The notes under the pieces are model-generated. The model saw only the letters and a list, made by a program, of their open reading frames with translations, made no database searches and was not told the DNA's origin. DNA of 64,000 nt from Bugula neritina (lineage: Eukaryota > Animalia > Bryozoa): the NCBI GenBank assembly GCA_964035545.1, contig OZ037767.1:25684628-25748627 (forward strand), in the 5' to 3' direction. Shown here one piece after another: positions 1 through 13,250 of the stretch; position 1 is the first letter of the stretch, and each line of letters begins with the position of its first letter. The translations under genes were made by a program, and so were the position numbers.

Positions 1-152
1 AGTTACTATTCCGAATATCTTAAAAGCAAAACAGGTGGTTTGTGCAAGTTTTAAATATAGGTCACTAAATAGCCTACTACTTATCGTACACAGTATAAAC
101 TGTGAATGGCTCAGTTGGCACCCTGAAGACGAAAGTTTGCTCCGTAATTTAC

Positions 153-3100
153 CTGCAGAATGCCTCCTGTTGTGTCTCAATCTTACAGCAGATCTCCGAC
201 GTCTCACCTGCGGCTGAGTTGACAGATTCAAGTCCTGGACACAGAAACATGAAAACTGACTGGCTAACTAAATATATTTAGTGACTGACTGACTCAGTAA
301 TAACTAGTAATGACAACTTTCAGTTATTGGCTGACTAAATAGACCACATCTCATATCTCTATGAACACATGTATACAACTCACCATGTACATTACTGTAT
401 ATATGACCACATGTATACCACCCACCGTGTATATTTCTGTATATATGTACACATGTATACCACTCACCATGTATATTACTGTATATATGAACACATGCAT
501 ACAACCCACCATATATATTACTGTATATATGAACACATGTATACCACCCACCATGTATATTACTGTATATATGAACACATGTATACAACCCACCATGTAT
601 ATTACTGTATATATGAACACATGTATACCACCCACTATGTATATTACTGTATATATGTACACATGTATACCACTCACCATGTATATTACTGTATATATGA
701 ACACATGCATACAACCCACCATATATATTACTGTATATATGAACACATGTATACCACCCACCATGTATATTACTGTATATATGAACACATGTATACAACC
801 CACCATGTATATTACTGTATATATGAACACATGTATACCACCCACTATGTATATTACTGTATATATGTACACATGTATACCACTCACCATGTATATTACT
901 GTATATATGAACACATGTATACAACTCACCATGTATATTACTGTATATATGTACACATGTATACCACCCACTATGTATATTACTGTATATATGAACACAT
1001 GTATACAACTCACCATGTATATTACTGTATATATGTACACATGTATACCACCCACTATGTATATTACTGTATATATGAAGACATGTATACAACCCACCAT
1101 GTATATTACTGTATATATGAACACATGTATACCACCCACCATGTATCTTTCTGAGTGCTGCCAAGGCAGCAGCTATCATTGTCAAATTGCAGTCTAGATT
1201 TATACACTTTTCCACTACAAGCACATAGACATAGATTAAACTTAGACATTGATGGTAGACACTATTTCCTGAAATGACAGAACTGAAACAATTCTTCCAA
1301 GCATATACGCAGTAACAAATACACCATCAACTTACATATAGTTGATGTTTGAGTAGCTAAAGTGTTGAATAATGAAGATGTTGGATCAGTTGTCATTTTG
1401 ATACCCTGCATCATCAGACAGTTGAGCACCACCACGCAGGTATTGATAAGGACGTGTTCATATTCTTCCTACAAACAGTTGCCAAGCAATCTCTGTGCTA
1501 TTCACTTTGTCATTGTTAATTAGTTTGAAAGCAGACAGGTGCAAATACATCTGGTCAACATTCTCAGAAATTGAAAAAAAAACATTTACAACATTAAAAT
1601 TTGTAAAATAGAGAAATGTCCCAAATCCATGACTACTAAATTTAGCTTAAAAATCCATTGATTTAAATAAAGGGAAAACGGTCAACCTGTGGTAACTTAA
1701 ATATGAAGGTTATCAATATGCTATACGGTATAGAAAATAATACTCAATATTAGTTTATATAGAGTTTAAAGTTTTTACAACAGACCATGTAGACTACCTT
1801 GCCAGAGCAGATCTGTGCAGAGCAATACTCCACATATCTGCACATGAACTCTATATTATCCACCACCACCTCTACAATGCCCTCAGTATCTGTTGTGAAA
1901 TTACTCAAACCAGGTACAAGGAACTTGAAGCTGTCTAATTCTACCAGCATCTGAGAGCTACAATGACAGCAAAGTCAACTCTGTTGTACGAGGGTCAGTC
2001 AATAAGTAATGGGAATTTTGTTATAACTTTTTATTAGAATAAGATAGAGCTTTACAACTTTTTTCACTTTTCAACATAGTCCTCTTCTTTATCTATGCAC
2101 TTGTTCCACCTTCCTACAAGATTCTCAATTCCTGCAAAATAGAATTCCGGCAGCTGGGTTCTGAACCAGTTGCGCACAGTTTCAATGACCTCTGCATCAG
2201 TAGTGAAGTGCTTGCCTCTCATGTGGCTCTTTAATGGTCCAAAAAGATGGAAATCACTTGGTGCCAAATCTGGACTATAAGGAGGGTGTCCTAACACCTC
2301 CCAACCCAGTTCATCAATTTTTCTGAGTTTTCTCATGCACTCTCTGGCAGCCATAAGACGCTGCGCTTTGTGCACATCAGTCAGCATCTTGGCTACCCAG
2401 CGTGCGCTGACTTTGTGGGCAGTTCCATGTGAAATGCCCATGGTCTCAGCAACATCATCAATAGTGAGCCTTCTATCAGATTTAACCAGCTTTTCCACTT
2501 TAGCTACTGTGTCAGGAGCTAAAACATCCACTGGCCTACCACTTCTTGGCTCATCAGGAATGTCTTCGCCCATTCTTGAATTCATGAACTTACCTATAGC
2601 AGCTTGTTTGTGATATAGAGTTTTCCCCATATTGTTCTTTCATTCTACTGTGTATAAGACTTGCTCTGACACCCTCAGCTGTCAAAAATCTTATAACAGC
2701 TCTTTGCTCTATGAGTGCGCATTTTTTCAGCTTGGCGGACATTTTGAATTTAAATAATATAAAAAGTTGAATCACTTAAATGATCAAATTTTGGATATCT
2801 GATGGCAACTCCTATTTATAGAAGTCTTGAAAATATTAAATCGCTAGGTAAAATAGAACGACAAATATGACAAAATTCCCACTACTTATTGACTGACCCT
2901 CGTATCATTAGGTAAGATTTCAGTAATAAAACTATAGAAAGTTTCAAGTTGAATAGTGTGATAATGTCAACTAGATTTCAAGTCTTACTATACCAAATAG
3001 CTATAATTAGTAGATCTATGTAAATCGTATTTCTTTGTTATTGTCATAGTCAGCATCTACATATATAATATTTGTGTAGCTTTTGCTAAACAGTTAGTCT

Positions 3101-6100
3101 TTAGATTTCACAGTGTTATCATTTATATTCTTAGTAGTTGTACCAAAAACTCTACAATGTACTTCATTACAAGACAGCACCATCTTGTCACAGACCACCA
3201 CCTCAACACCAAATATATAACAAGTAGCCAATATTTTCGTAAACGGAGAGCATTCTCTCACTACTACCCAACATTGTAACAAGTGCTATACATGATTAAT
3301 ATATATGTTTGCAAGACGAACGCGTTGTTTATTTAGTAACTATGATTACTATGTTCAGTACAAAACATACCATATGATGAATAGATGAGGCAAGACTTCT
3401 ATGTATTTACTAAGTAGACTTTCTGTTTCCTCCGCAGTCCAAGCACCTAGCAGCCTGATGCATGCAGACGCTACAGGGTAGAGAGACTTGTCTAAACCCT
3501 ATAAAATAGTACACACTTGTAATACATTGACAATCAGTAACTATGATATTAATTCCATAGTGCATAATGAAAACACATGACATGAAAATACCTGGGTAAT
3601 ATGGCTAAAACATACAGTTTCCCATAAAACTGTACATGTACACCGCGTGTATAATAAAGTTGGTGCTGTTTGCATGTATTGGTTTACAAAACAATCAATG
3701 CGACGTTTTACAATATTGTGCAGTATTAGAGTACATCTATAGCAATTTTGGGATTCAAAAGCATACAGAAACTTTATCCAAACAAGTTATAATGATGTGC
3801 AATGAAATAGCTACTAGTTCACACATTGGTAAAATCATGTGTTTTATAAAACAACTAAGCCTTTAGAGCTTCATACAGCTAGTAAAAATCACAAAATAAA
3901 TAATAATACTTTAGATATCAATGGAAGAATATAAACTGACTAGTGGAGTGGTGCAGGTGGTCAGGAAGTATATTATTGCGCCAACTGCTCCCTGTAATGC
4001 TGAATGCACTTGTAAAATCTCTTTACTGTCTAATGCCAGAGTTGTCTCCTCGTGTGACATGTAGAATATCATTTGCTCCAGAGCAAAAAAGCTGGCACAC
4101 AGGGTCTCACTCTCAGCTACCACCTAAAAGTTTCAGTAAAGCCACTCATACTAGAGTATTGCCTCCAAGGCTTCACTACATCAACAAAGTTATCATGCAA
4201 GAAAATTGTTGAAAAATAAAAAATAAGTTTCTAAGTTTGTAGTATTAGCCAATAACCTGCTGTAGCTGTCGATAACAAACAGCCAATCACATTACCTGTA
4301 GACCACACGGATAGTTACTTTGGTCACATCATTTGCAAAACACATGATAGTTTAACTTAGTAAATGGTTGTCAATACAAATATCCAGCAGCTCAAATAAT
4401 TGACCCCATGATGTATACCTTCTGATTGTCGTCTTGTTCAAGAGTCATTCTAACTTCAATACTGCACAGATGAATGACTAGCAGAGCAGCTTTGCTGCCT
4501 TTTTCAGTTATCAACTGCTTGATTCCTCTACAACAAAACGTTGACTTTTTATTACATAAACTTGATAATTGGCCAAGGTTGCTTCAACACCACCATTAAT
4601 AGCATTTAGATGAAATACGTCAAAAATTAAAGTTTTTTTCAAAGAACAACCCAAAATTCCTCCTACTATTCTGTACAATTATAAATTGTGGTCGCATGTA
4701 CCTAAGTTCAATCACATGTTGACATACCTGAGTTGAATGAGAGATGTAAGGAGATTCAGAGCCTGTCTTCGCTGAAGTGTGGGAAGTTTGTTCTTCAATG
4801 AGTCACACAGCTGACCCATGACAGCATTAACCAATGGAAGTAGCTTAGCAGGCACTCCCACTCCTTGATCCAGCATAACAGCGAGAAATCTGGAGCACGT
4901 TTCACATAGACTGAAGTCCAGCTGCGCCAACTCACTGACCTGAAGAGCAAGGCTCTCAATTTATGTAAATCATAGAAATAGGCTATAAAACTGGCTGAAG
5001 AAGCCAGCATATTAATTGACTACCTCAAAAAGTTTCAAATCTAACAGCTCATAAACAAGGCAAATAATTCACTATATATTCTTCTTTATATGCATTTGAT
5101 GTTTTTTCATTCATACTATTAAACTGGGACTACAATAGTCATGAAAATATAAAATGTAATTTATTTAAAAGGTGAAATCTACGTTTTAACAGTTAAACTC
5201 AGTAACATTAACTGTGAGATAAAATGCAAAAGTTAGCCAAAACCTTAATCGAATCAATACTGTGAACCTTCACAGGATAAAACTACTACCACTGGCTTGG
5301 GGTAGACTATTTGATGTTATTTGGTGTCAAAAATATGATATTACAAATAAAGTTTTACACGTTATGCACCTTTATATGGTGAAGATAAATAGCAGCCGTA
5401 GCAATGATTGAGTTGGGTGACATCCATTCTGAACCCCTAGACTTCACTATAGCATTTATTAGTTGAGCAAGTTTGTTGCACAAGTCACCTGAAAACATAA
5501 CACATTCTACTGATACAATCTATACTATCATAGATGACCAAGACTAAAGTTAGCAAGTTAGTTTTGTCATTTTACAAAGGTCAGTACTTTCTAGCTACAG
5601 CACACAAATAAATTCTTGTTCATTGAACTGCAACTTGAACCGTTTGTGTAGAAAACACCTGTGCAAAAGCAATTGTATAAATTAGCAGACTACTTCTAAT
5701 GAATGTTTAACATACTGTAATTTACTGAGAATTCCAACACAAGAAAAAATCTGTAACCTACTATCAGATGTCAGCTAATAAACAATATATTAATGCATTT
5801 ACCGCAAGTAGTCTGTTTCAACTGCAGACGATATATTACAGGTACCACACTTTCTTCTAAAAGATTAGTATCTTGATCTCTACAGAAGCCTTCCAGACAC
5901 TGCATAGTCATTTCAAGTAGCAACTGACATTGCTCTGCAGGTGCTGTAGACACAGCAGTGTCCCCAGTACCCTTACCGACAGTTAGTAAGATAGACTCCA
6001 TAATGGGCAAAAGCTGGCCTATCTGGCTCGATGACAAAACATCCTTCTGAGTGAAGCATGCAATAACACTCAAAGCAGCAATTTTAAGAGAAACATGCTC

Positions 6101-6379
6101 TTCCAGTAAAGATATTACACTGTCAGATATCTTGTCACCACTGCAAAGCATGCGTCTTAAAAACTGAAAATCTATAGCCTCGAGCAAATCAATTTGAAAC
6201 TGTTGATCAACAGCTTGGCAGTCATTGCTACTTGATGGTAAATTTGTTGACTTGAAGAGTTTAGGTACAAGCAAAAGTCCAGCAAGCTTTTCATTGTCAC
6301 TTTTAGCTGATTTTAGAAGATTTAAACAAAGATCTTTCTGAGTTTCGATATCTCTATTCTTAACTGATTCATTTGCCAT
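153..6379 (-). CDS. NCDN: Neurochondrin (norbin) homolog, spliced, 3' end beyond the left edge of the window
   Basis: Exons (minus strand): 6379-5803, 5488-5370, 4939-4728, 4527-4419, 4123-3941, 3498-3371, 1957-1798, 1468-1336, 1214-1140, 234-153, all GT-AG with compatible phases. Peptides LKSAKSDNEKLAGLLLVPK, LLVIHLCSIEVRMTLE, CIRLLGAWTAEETESL, FKFLVPGLSNFT and INTCVVVLNCL follow, in order, the neurochondrin blocks as I recall them (LREAKNDSEQFAALLLVTK, NLACVEVRLALE, VRILGAWLAEETSSL). Confidence 0.88.
361..1146. repeat. 42-bp minisatellite, about 19 units, starting at the NCDN exon 9 donor
   Basis: Minus-strand unit ATACATGGTG[GA]GT[GT]GTATACATGTGTTCATATATACAGTAAT (translates IHGGWYTCVHIYSN). 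A 5-unit (210 bp) higher-order block is duplicated. It explains the four overlapping ORFs at 304-1224. Confidence 0.97.
1989..2902 (-). mobile_element. Internally deleted Tc1/mariner (mariner-family) DNA transposon, 914 bp, in NCDN intron 6
   Basis: TIRs CGAGGGTCAGTCAATAAGTA[A/G]TGGGAATTTTGT at both ends, flanked by TA (1987-1988 and 2903-2904). Transposase remnants: EQRAVIRFL, DEPRSGRP, WVAKML (WVPHEL-type linker), HPPYSPDLAPSDFHLF. Confidence 0.96.
2064..2742 (-). pseudogene. Mariner transposase pseudogene (frameshift plus internal deletions)
   Basis: The N-terminus (MSAKLKK...SCYR*) and the remainder are in different frames. The sequence jumps from the linker (RECMRKLRK) directly to IDELGWEVL, so the first two catalytic Asp motifs are absent. 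Confidence 0.9.
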
Positions 6380-8180
6380 CTTTGTTTTCAGTTTTAATTT
6401 CTTTCTAAAAAAGATCACAAGATTTGCATTGGGTAGTTTGAATCAGAACAAATAAGTTTGCAGTCATATTGCTAGCAACTGTTTCTAAAAATAAAAACAT
6501 GATAATTTATATCTTAGCTTAGGGTAGCAAGTTAGTTCAGCAATTAACAATAATAATCAAATGTGGGCAAAATAAATGCATATTAATAACAACATCCAGG
6601 GCTAGATGAGAGCCATATTGCTTTAAGCCTTAAGGATTTGCAATTGCTGACAGTGGCTTGAGTATTTTAAAAGCCTGGGCTTAAATTACTCGACCTTAAA
6701 GCATCGAGTTGGTTTGACTTGAAACTTTAATTTACTTAAAAACTTTGTTTGAGACAACTAGAAGTAATCACTAATTTAGTATTTACTTTTACAGTTTTAC
6801 TTTTAGTTTTAGTGACTAATGACCATGTAATTCAAATTCAAATTCAAATTGTAATAGTAACAACAACAAAATATAAGCCTTAGGCAACAACTATACATTA
6901 TTAATATACTTATTATAAGAACATTTATAACCATTGCTCAAAAATAAAATAGTAACAAAACAGGAACGACATCTGCAATATCAATATGAATATCATTCAG
7001 AATGAGAATACTATATGGATACTGATAGAACGAAATTGACAGGAAGAAGTGTTCGACATTGACCTTTTCTTTTAAATAAATTGTTTTCGAACTTATTACT
7101 GACAGAGGAACCTTGAAAATGTCAAGTTTTATTATTTTGACAGTTGATAAATTTGACATTTAAATAAAATTATTAAAAAAATAAAAATTAATAAAAGCAG
7201 CACAAAAATAACTAAACTTAAAACCAAATTACTGTCATGAAAATAGAGTTTAAATTATTGTATGCGAGACCTCTCGTTTTCATTCAAAGTCTCATCACAA
7301 TGAAGTCACTATATTTATTCTAAACTGTATTTTATTCCAAACTTAAAGCAACTGTAAGAATTTTCTTACAGAGATTTCTTGTATGCTCAATCTGAATATT
7401 ATAGTTAAACATTTAATTTAACTCTGAGTTTAACTTTAACCTTAGGACAAGGCTATGCCTATGGTTATGCCTATGACTCATAGTCATAGACCAACAGTAA
7501 CTCTAAGACATAGATCATCATGATCATCATAGATGATAGTCATAGTCATAGTCAATGTCATAGAAATAGAATAGTTAGATTTAGAGTATAGTAAAACGAA
7601 ATGTAATACTAAGACTACTACTAGTAAATGTAATACTTATACTAATACTAATAGTAATAGACTATTACTATTAGTATTACTATAGTTGAACTTGAAGTGT
7701 TTATTGATGGTAATCTTTACTACTAGTACTTTTTGATAAATATCTTATGACTTATCCAGTATCACCATCAGTTGATAAATTAAATTAAGCCATGTATTAC
7801 TGTTAGTATCCAAAATATCAAAATTTACTATAAAATCAAAATTCAATTGTATGTTCCTATCTTCACTAGACATGCCATAATCAGACTGCCCAAGCCGATG
7901 GATTAATTAAAGACATACGTGCACAAAATGTTCTATGAGGTCAATTTAGTTGGATTTGCAACTTTTAGGCTGTATTTGACTTGTAACCAAGATATTTTTA
8001 CAGAGTTCAATACTACATAAAGGTAATTACGCAGCCCTAGTTACAGCAATTCTCCCTAGAGGAGAATAAGTTTCAAGATTATAAATTATACTATGCAAGT
8101 TTTTATATTTCGCTATGACCATAGTATTAACCATAACAAAATTGGTATATATGTTTCCCTGTAGGGAAAAATACTTCGTC
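6380..8180. promoter_or_regulatory. Probable bidirectional promoter and 5' UTR region shared by NCDN and PYROXD1
   Basis: Divergent start codons lie 1.8 kb apart. Candidate UTR donors are at about 7062 (minus) and 7353 (plus, ACT|gtaaga). An acceptor (ccctgtag) at 8164 precedes the PYROXD1 ATG. Confidence 0.55.
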
Positions 8181-9275
8181 ATGCTGGAAGAGCTAGCTTA
8201 CACTGCTTTGCACTATGACTATGTGGTAGTTGGTGGAGGGATTGCTGGGGTCACATGTCTAGAAACTGTAAGTCGAACTTGTTTCCTATACTTTTAGCTG
8301 GCCAATACAAAGATGACCAACTAGGGTATTAGTCTTTGCCAATATATTATAATTTCTGATTGGTCATATCAGGTTAAGGAATATTGTTCTCTTCTTGAAG
8401 TTTATAAAATATATGTTGAGTTTTTAACTTAAACTTATTTTGGCTCAGCTAGTCATAATTATCAGTAGCATTCCTAATAATTTTTAGGCTAGTTTTTCCA
8501 TACCCTCGGTTTTGTTCAGGCTATGGTTAATGGCCCATTATGCTGAATCGCATGAAATTGGTTTAATAATAGGTACTTTGTATAGAAAGCTCACAACTCC
8601 AATATGTGTATCTCCACTAGTATCATCTAAATTCTGTAGCAAATGCCCTACTTTTCTACAATTGCTATGAAAGCTACACTGGTTGAGAAACAAAACAATA
8701 AGATTTGCTGCAAACTAGTAGAAAATATCAACAATAAGCATTGTTAAGTTGTTCAGACTCTCGGTCTGTATCTATTTGGTTTACATTAAGTTTATAGAGC
8801 GCTTAGTTTTTGATGGCATCAAGTATGTAAAATATTGAGATATAATGTTTGCATTATTGTTTTAGTTGGCACAGCTATCTGCGTTCCAAGATGACATAAA
8901 AATTCTACTCATCAGTGAGTCAAATTTGATAAAGGCTTTAGTCAATTATCAGCAGGTTGGTACTTGGTACTTCTATGCTGTCAACTTCTCATGGAATAAA
9001 GATTTTACTCATGTTATGGTTTCTTGGAGTTGTGTGCCCTAAAAAACACATTTTATTGTACAATAATTATCATCATAATAGTGATGAGTTTGATAATGCC
9101 ATGTTGTTATGCAGATTGGTCATACTATGGAATCTATGGACGTCACTGAGCAAGACTATTGTACATTAACATCTAGATTTAGTAATGTAACTATACTCAA
9201 CTCCCGTGTGTTGCGTCTTGATACAGATAAAAAGGTAAGAGATGGTCTTCGGATTTGTGTTAGTATAATTTATTT

Positions 9276-9311
<36 letters not shown>

Positions 9312-12300
9312 AGTAGTTGAGGTAATTTTTATTTTGTAGAAAGGTGTATAATTTAACAAGGATTGAATCTGTAGGTTTTAGGCAATGAAAATTCATTGAT
9401 AAGCATGTAATTAGAGGCATTGCTTACATGAAAATAGTTATTAAAACGTTGGTTTTATTCTAAAACTGTATGCTTTTGCCTTATGAACCTTATTATATAA
9501 AATTATTATATCTACAGTCTGTAAACTGATGTGCAGTAACAATATAACTATTGTAATGACATCAGAATGAAATACACTTAAATATATTACTTGTTGTAAA
9601 ATTATGAGACATTGGGTTTATGCTGCTGATATCTTTGCAGCACATATATCTATCAGCGTGTGAAGATGTCTACTCTTATGGGAAACTTTGTGTAGCCACT
9701 GGTGCATCTCCCAAGGTATGATTTCTTCACATAATAGCTAAGAATCTTTTAATTTTGTAGTAATTTGTTTTTGCATCTAATTTTTTCATTATAAGTACTA
9801 CCAACATTTCTAAACCTTTTAGAATTTGCTGTTTTTTGAAAAAAAAATTAAAAAAATATAACTTTTTTTAGGTTTATAAAAATATTGTTTGTTTTTATAA
9901 TCTAGGATATAATTTCAGGGAGTTTTGTGTTGCTCTAATTTTATCTAGCAATAATGATGCTGAAATTAATTGCATCGTTTTTATGCAGTAACCTAAATTT
10001 TAATTACAATTATTTTATTATTTAATTATGATGTGATTGTATAATAAAAAAAATTATTTAAGTGAACTTCTATAAAGTTTATATCATTTCATTTCTCAAG
10101 AAATAAACTTGCTGAACAAATGTTTATATAAAAATAAGAAATATAAATATTTATACAATAAGTTTTAAGCTATACTGCATACCATTTTAATAATATTTTA
10201 CATTAAATTGGAGGCAGTATCTGAGTGACAATGAGCACGTGCTGGCTGTTAGAGATACGCAGAGTGTTCAGCAGTTCCAAGAAAAGCTGAAAGACTCAGA
10301 AAGAATTATCATTGTGGGCAACGGTGGCATTGCTACTGAACTTGTGTAAGCTCTAAATAATTAGAAAGATTATAGGACTAGAAATAGTATAGAATCAGAG
10401 AGTTCACATGTCTAGTCTTGATTGCCATAACAAATGTATACTGTATTTGTATTGCTTTTATAATTAATTGAAGTTAAAATAAATTGTATAAATTTAAGGT
10501 GTTATTTTATATTGTGAGTTCTATTAAAACAACTATGCAAGCATTTATATATATGAATAATATTCTTAATACACGTTTGTTATAATATTATACATATTGA
10601 TATTTTATTTTCTCTTTAGACCTTTGTTTATAAGATTTAATACTGAAAAAGTCAATTTTTGACCAAACTGTTGAAACAGACGTTTACCCCCTAGTAATTT
10701 TAAATACTTTATACTTTTCTAGAAACATATTGCATCATATTTTTGTCTAACCTGTAGGTATGAGGTGCAAGGGTGTGAAATCATCTGGTGTGTTAAAGAC
10801 AAGTCTATTTCTTCAGCATTTTTTGACGATTCTACAGCCCAGTTCTTTTTACCTCACCTGCAAGAGAGTAATTTACCTAAAGAAAAACAAGGAAAGACGA
10901 TATCTAGAAGATGGAAGTACACATCAGAACAATGTGTGTACTGAGTGTTTTTCCTTCTGTATTGCTTTCAAATTATTTTGGAATGTTCATATTGAAATGG
11001 CAGGTTTTCTATTAGTACCTTTCCTTGAATGATGTTGAGTAATAAAACTATTAAATATGGTTAGCTATATCCTGGTAGCAGTTGGGTACTATTCCAACGA
11101 GATCATTTCCAACAGCTTTATATACAGACACTCTGATTATCTACTTACCATGGAGTCTTGTGACCAATCTTTTTCTTATTGAATCATAGGCGCTGGTTCC
11201 AGTTCTGCCGCTGCTAAAGATTACAGTGGGAATGCTCTTGGTCCAGATTGGGCAATGTCATTCAGCCTGAAAGGTGCGTCAGAGGTAAGATAACTCTCAT
11301 TTTTATTTGTTACCTTATTTATTTTTAATTTTTTCAAGTGACAATCAGATTTCTTGGGGTGAGAAGATAAAGAATCTTCAATTTACTTCTTTTGACGTGC
11401 AACTAGCATTAATACTATCTACTGCAGGTTTTAAAGTCATTAGACAAAGTTCATGTAGAATACGGAGTTGAGATGGACACTTTACTCACACCCCATGATT
11501 TCTCAATGTTGAATAAAACTGAGGCTACATCTTCTAGTAAGTCTTGGCCGGTGTACATCAAACTGACCAATGGAAAAGTCTATGGAGCTGACCTTGTTCT
11601 CAATGCTACAGGAGTTACTCCATCCTGCAGTATTGAGTTCAAAGGTGAAAACCAGGTAAGAGTAATAATACTCACTCTCAGTTGTGTTATTATCACTCAC
11701 TCTATTATCAGTCACTCAGTTACTGTACTATTGGTTACTTTACTATCAGTCACTCTTAGTGACTCTAACATATATCACTTCTCTTTTATTTTATTTATCT
11801 AATCTATTTACTGTTCTTTCATTTTATAAGGTAGTCTATATATATTTTCAATTTCTTCGACCATCCATTGCTGTATAATTCCATGTCTAGCATGTTATAA
11901 TGAAGTGTTATCTTTAGATTGAGTTGGCTAAAGATATGGGTATTATCATAGACACGGAGATGAGGAGTAACATACCAGATGTCTATGCAGCTGGGGATGT
12001 AGTGAATACATCTAAGTGGACAGACACAGGGTACTGGTATCAAGTCAGTTGTCTCACCATGTTTTTTATTAAAATGAAGTTCCCCTATTGAATATTTAGC
12101 TAACTGCTAGAGAGAAAGATTTGAAATCTGATCAAATTTTGATTTTAATGAAATAATGAATATAACAAACATAAGTTTATGTTCAAATTGAGTGTTGACT
12201 CGAATTGCAATAACTTGGATATGCAATACTTTTAACTCCCAGTCTGATAGCCTGAGTGTCTTGCAGATGCGGCTATGGTCTCAGGCTAAGCAGATGGGTG

Positions 12301-13211
12301 CTTACGCTGCCAAGTGTATGCACAAACACACCAGTCAGTCCTCGATCTCTCCAGTGTCTCTCAGTTACACTCCACCCGTAGATATGGACATCTGCTTTGA
12401 ACTCTTCAGCCATGTAACACAGTTTTTTGGTTTCAAAGTAGGTTTCCTCTGTTATATATTTCAGTTTGAATTAAAATTTGGTTAATTAGGACGTCTTAGA
12501 CTACATTGTTGACTATAATGTAAGGGCGTCAGGGAGCTACTTTCATGAGCAGCAAATTTAGACTACAAAATTACTGATGCTAATATATTGTTTATTATGA
12601 GGTACTATTTTGTTACGGCACAAGTAGGGATTGTATTGCATATTCATTTATAAAACGTTAATCCTTTGCATGTAAAGACTAATAAATAATATCTTAGCAG
12701 AGTGAATATTGTGATCAAACTTTGCCATTTGTCCTGAATTTGATGTTACCCACTGTACACTCTTTGTTGCTCTCTATTTTGAAGGTGGTGCTGCTTGGCT
12801 TATACAACGGCCAGGGACTGCAGTCTTCTGAATATACCGTACACTTACGATACACTCCAGGTACTGTTTAATATATCCGATTGTGTATACACAACACTAT
12901 ATGTCTCTATGTTTCCCAATTTGATAAAGTTCCACATGCATTTTTTTATTAACTTTTCCATTTGTATTTTAATCACTTATTTGGGGTAACGTCGAGGTTT
13001 GAGAATGTTGTGTGAAGAATATAGAATATTTGTAGGTAAAGAGTACACAAGAGTGGTAGTACGAGACGGTTGTGTGGTAGGCGCAGTATTGATTGGTGAC
13101 ACTGATTTGGAGGAAACCTTTGAGAATCTAATATTGAATAAACTCTGCATATCACACATTGAGGACCAGCTGCTTGATCCTGATATTGATATAGAAGACT
13201 ATTTTGACTAG
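8181..13211 (+). CDS. PYROXD1: Pyridine nucleotide-disulfide oxidoreductase domain-containing protein 1, 12 coding exons
   Basis: Exons approx. 8181-8267, 8866-8955, 9115-9234, 9641-9715, 10218-10345, 10758-10933, 11190-11284, 11428-11655, 11918-12043, 12267-12438, 12785-12860, 13036-13211. Motifs: [12 protein letters not shown] (FAD Rossmann), [61 protein letters not shown], and the characteristic C-terminus [15 protein letters not shown]...[13 protein letters not shown]. Confidence 0.96.
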
Positions 13212-13250
13212 CTCTAGAACTCATAGGATACTATTTTGACTAGCTCTAGA
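13198..13250 (+). repeat. 21-bp direct duplication spanning the PYROXD1 stop codon
   Basis: ACTATTTTGACTAGCTCTAGA at 13198-13218 and 13230-13250. Confidence 0.9.

Noticed and set aside
304-1224. Four long overlapping ORFs (261-306 aa) as independent genes, or the array as a CRISPR
   Set aside because: They are translations of the 42-bp minisatellite. There are no unique spacers and the context is eukaryotic. Only 1140-1214 is a supported exon.
10205-10220. Weak PYROXD1 exon 5 acceptor (ttggaggcag) with a competing AG 4 nt upstream; possible minor-class intron
   Set aside because: The donor is an ordinary gtatga with no U12 signature, and CAG gives the conserved frame.
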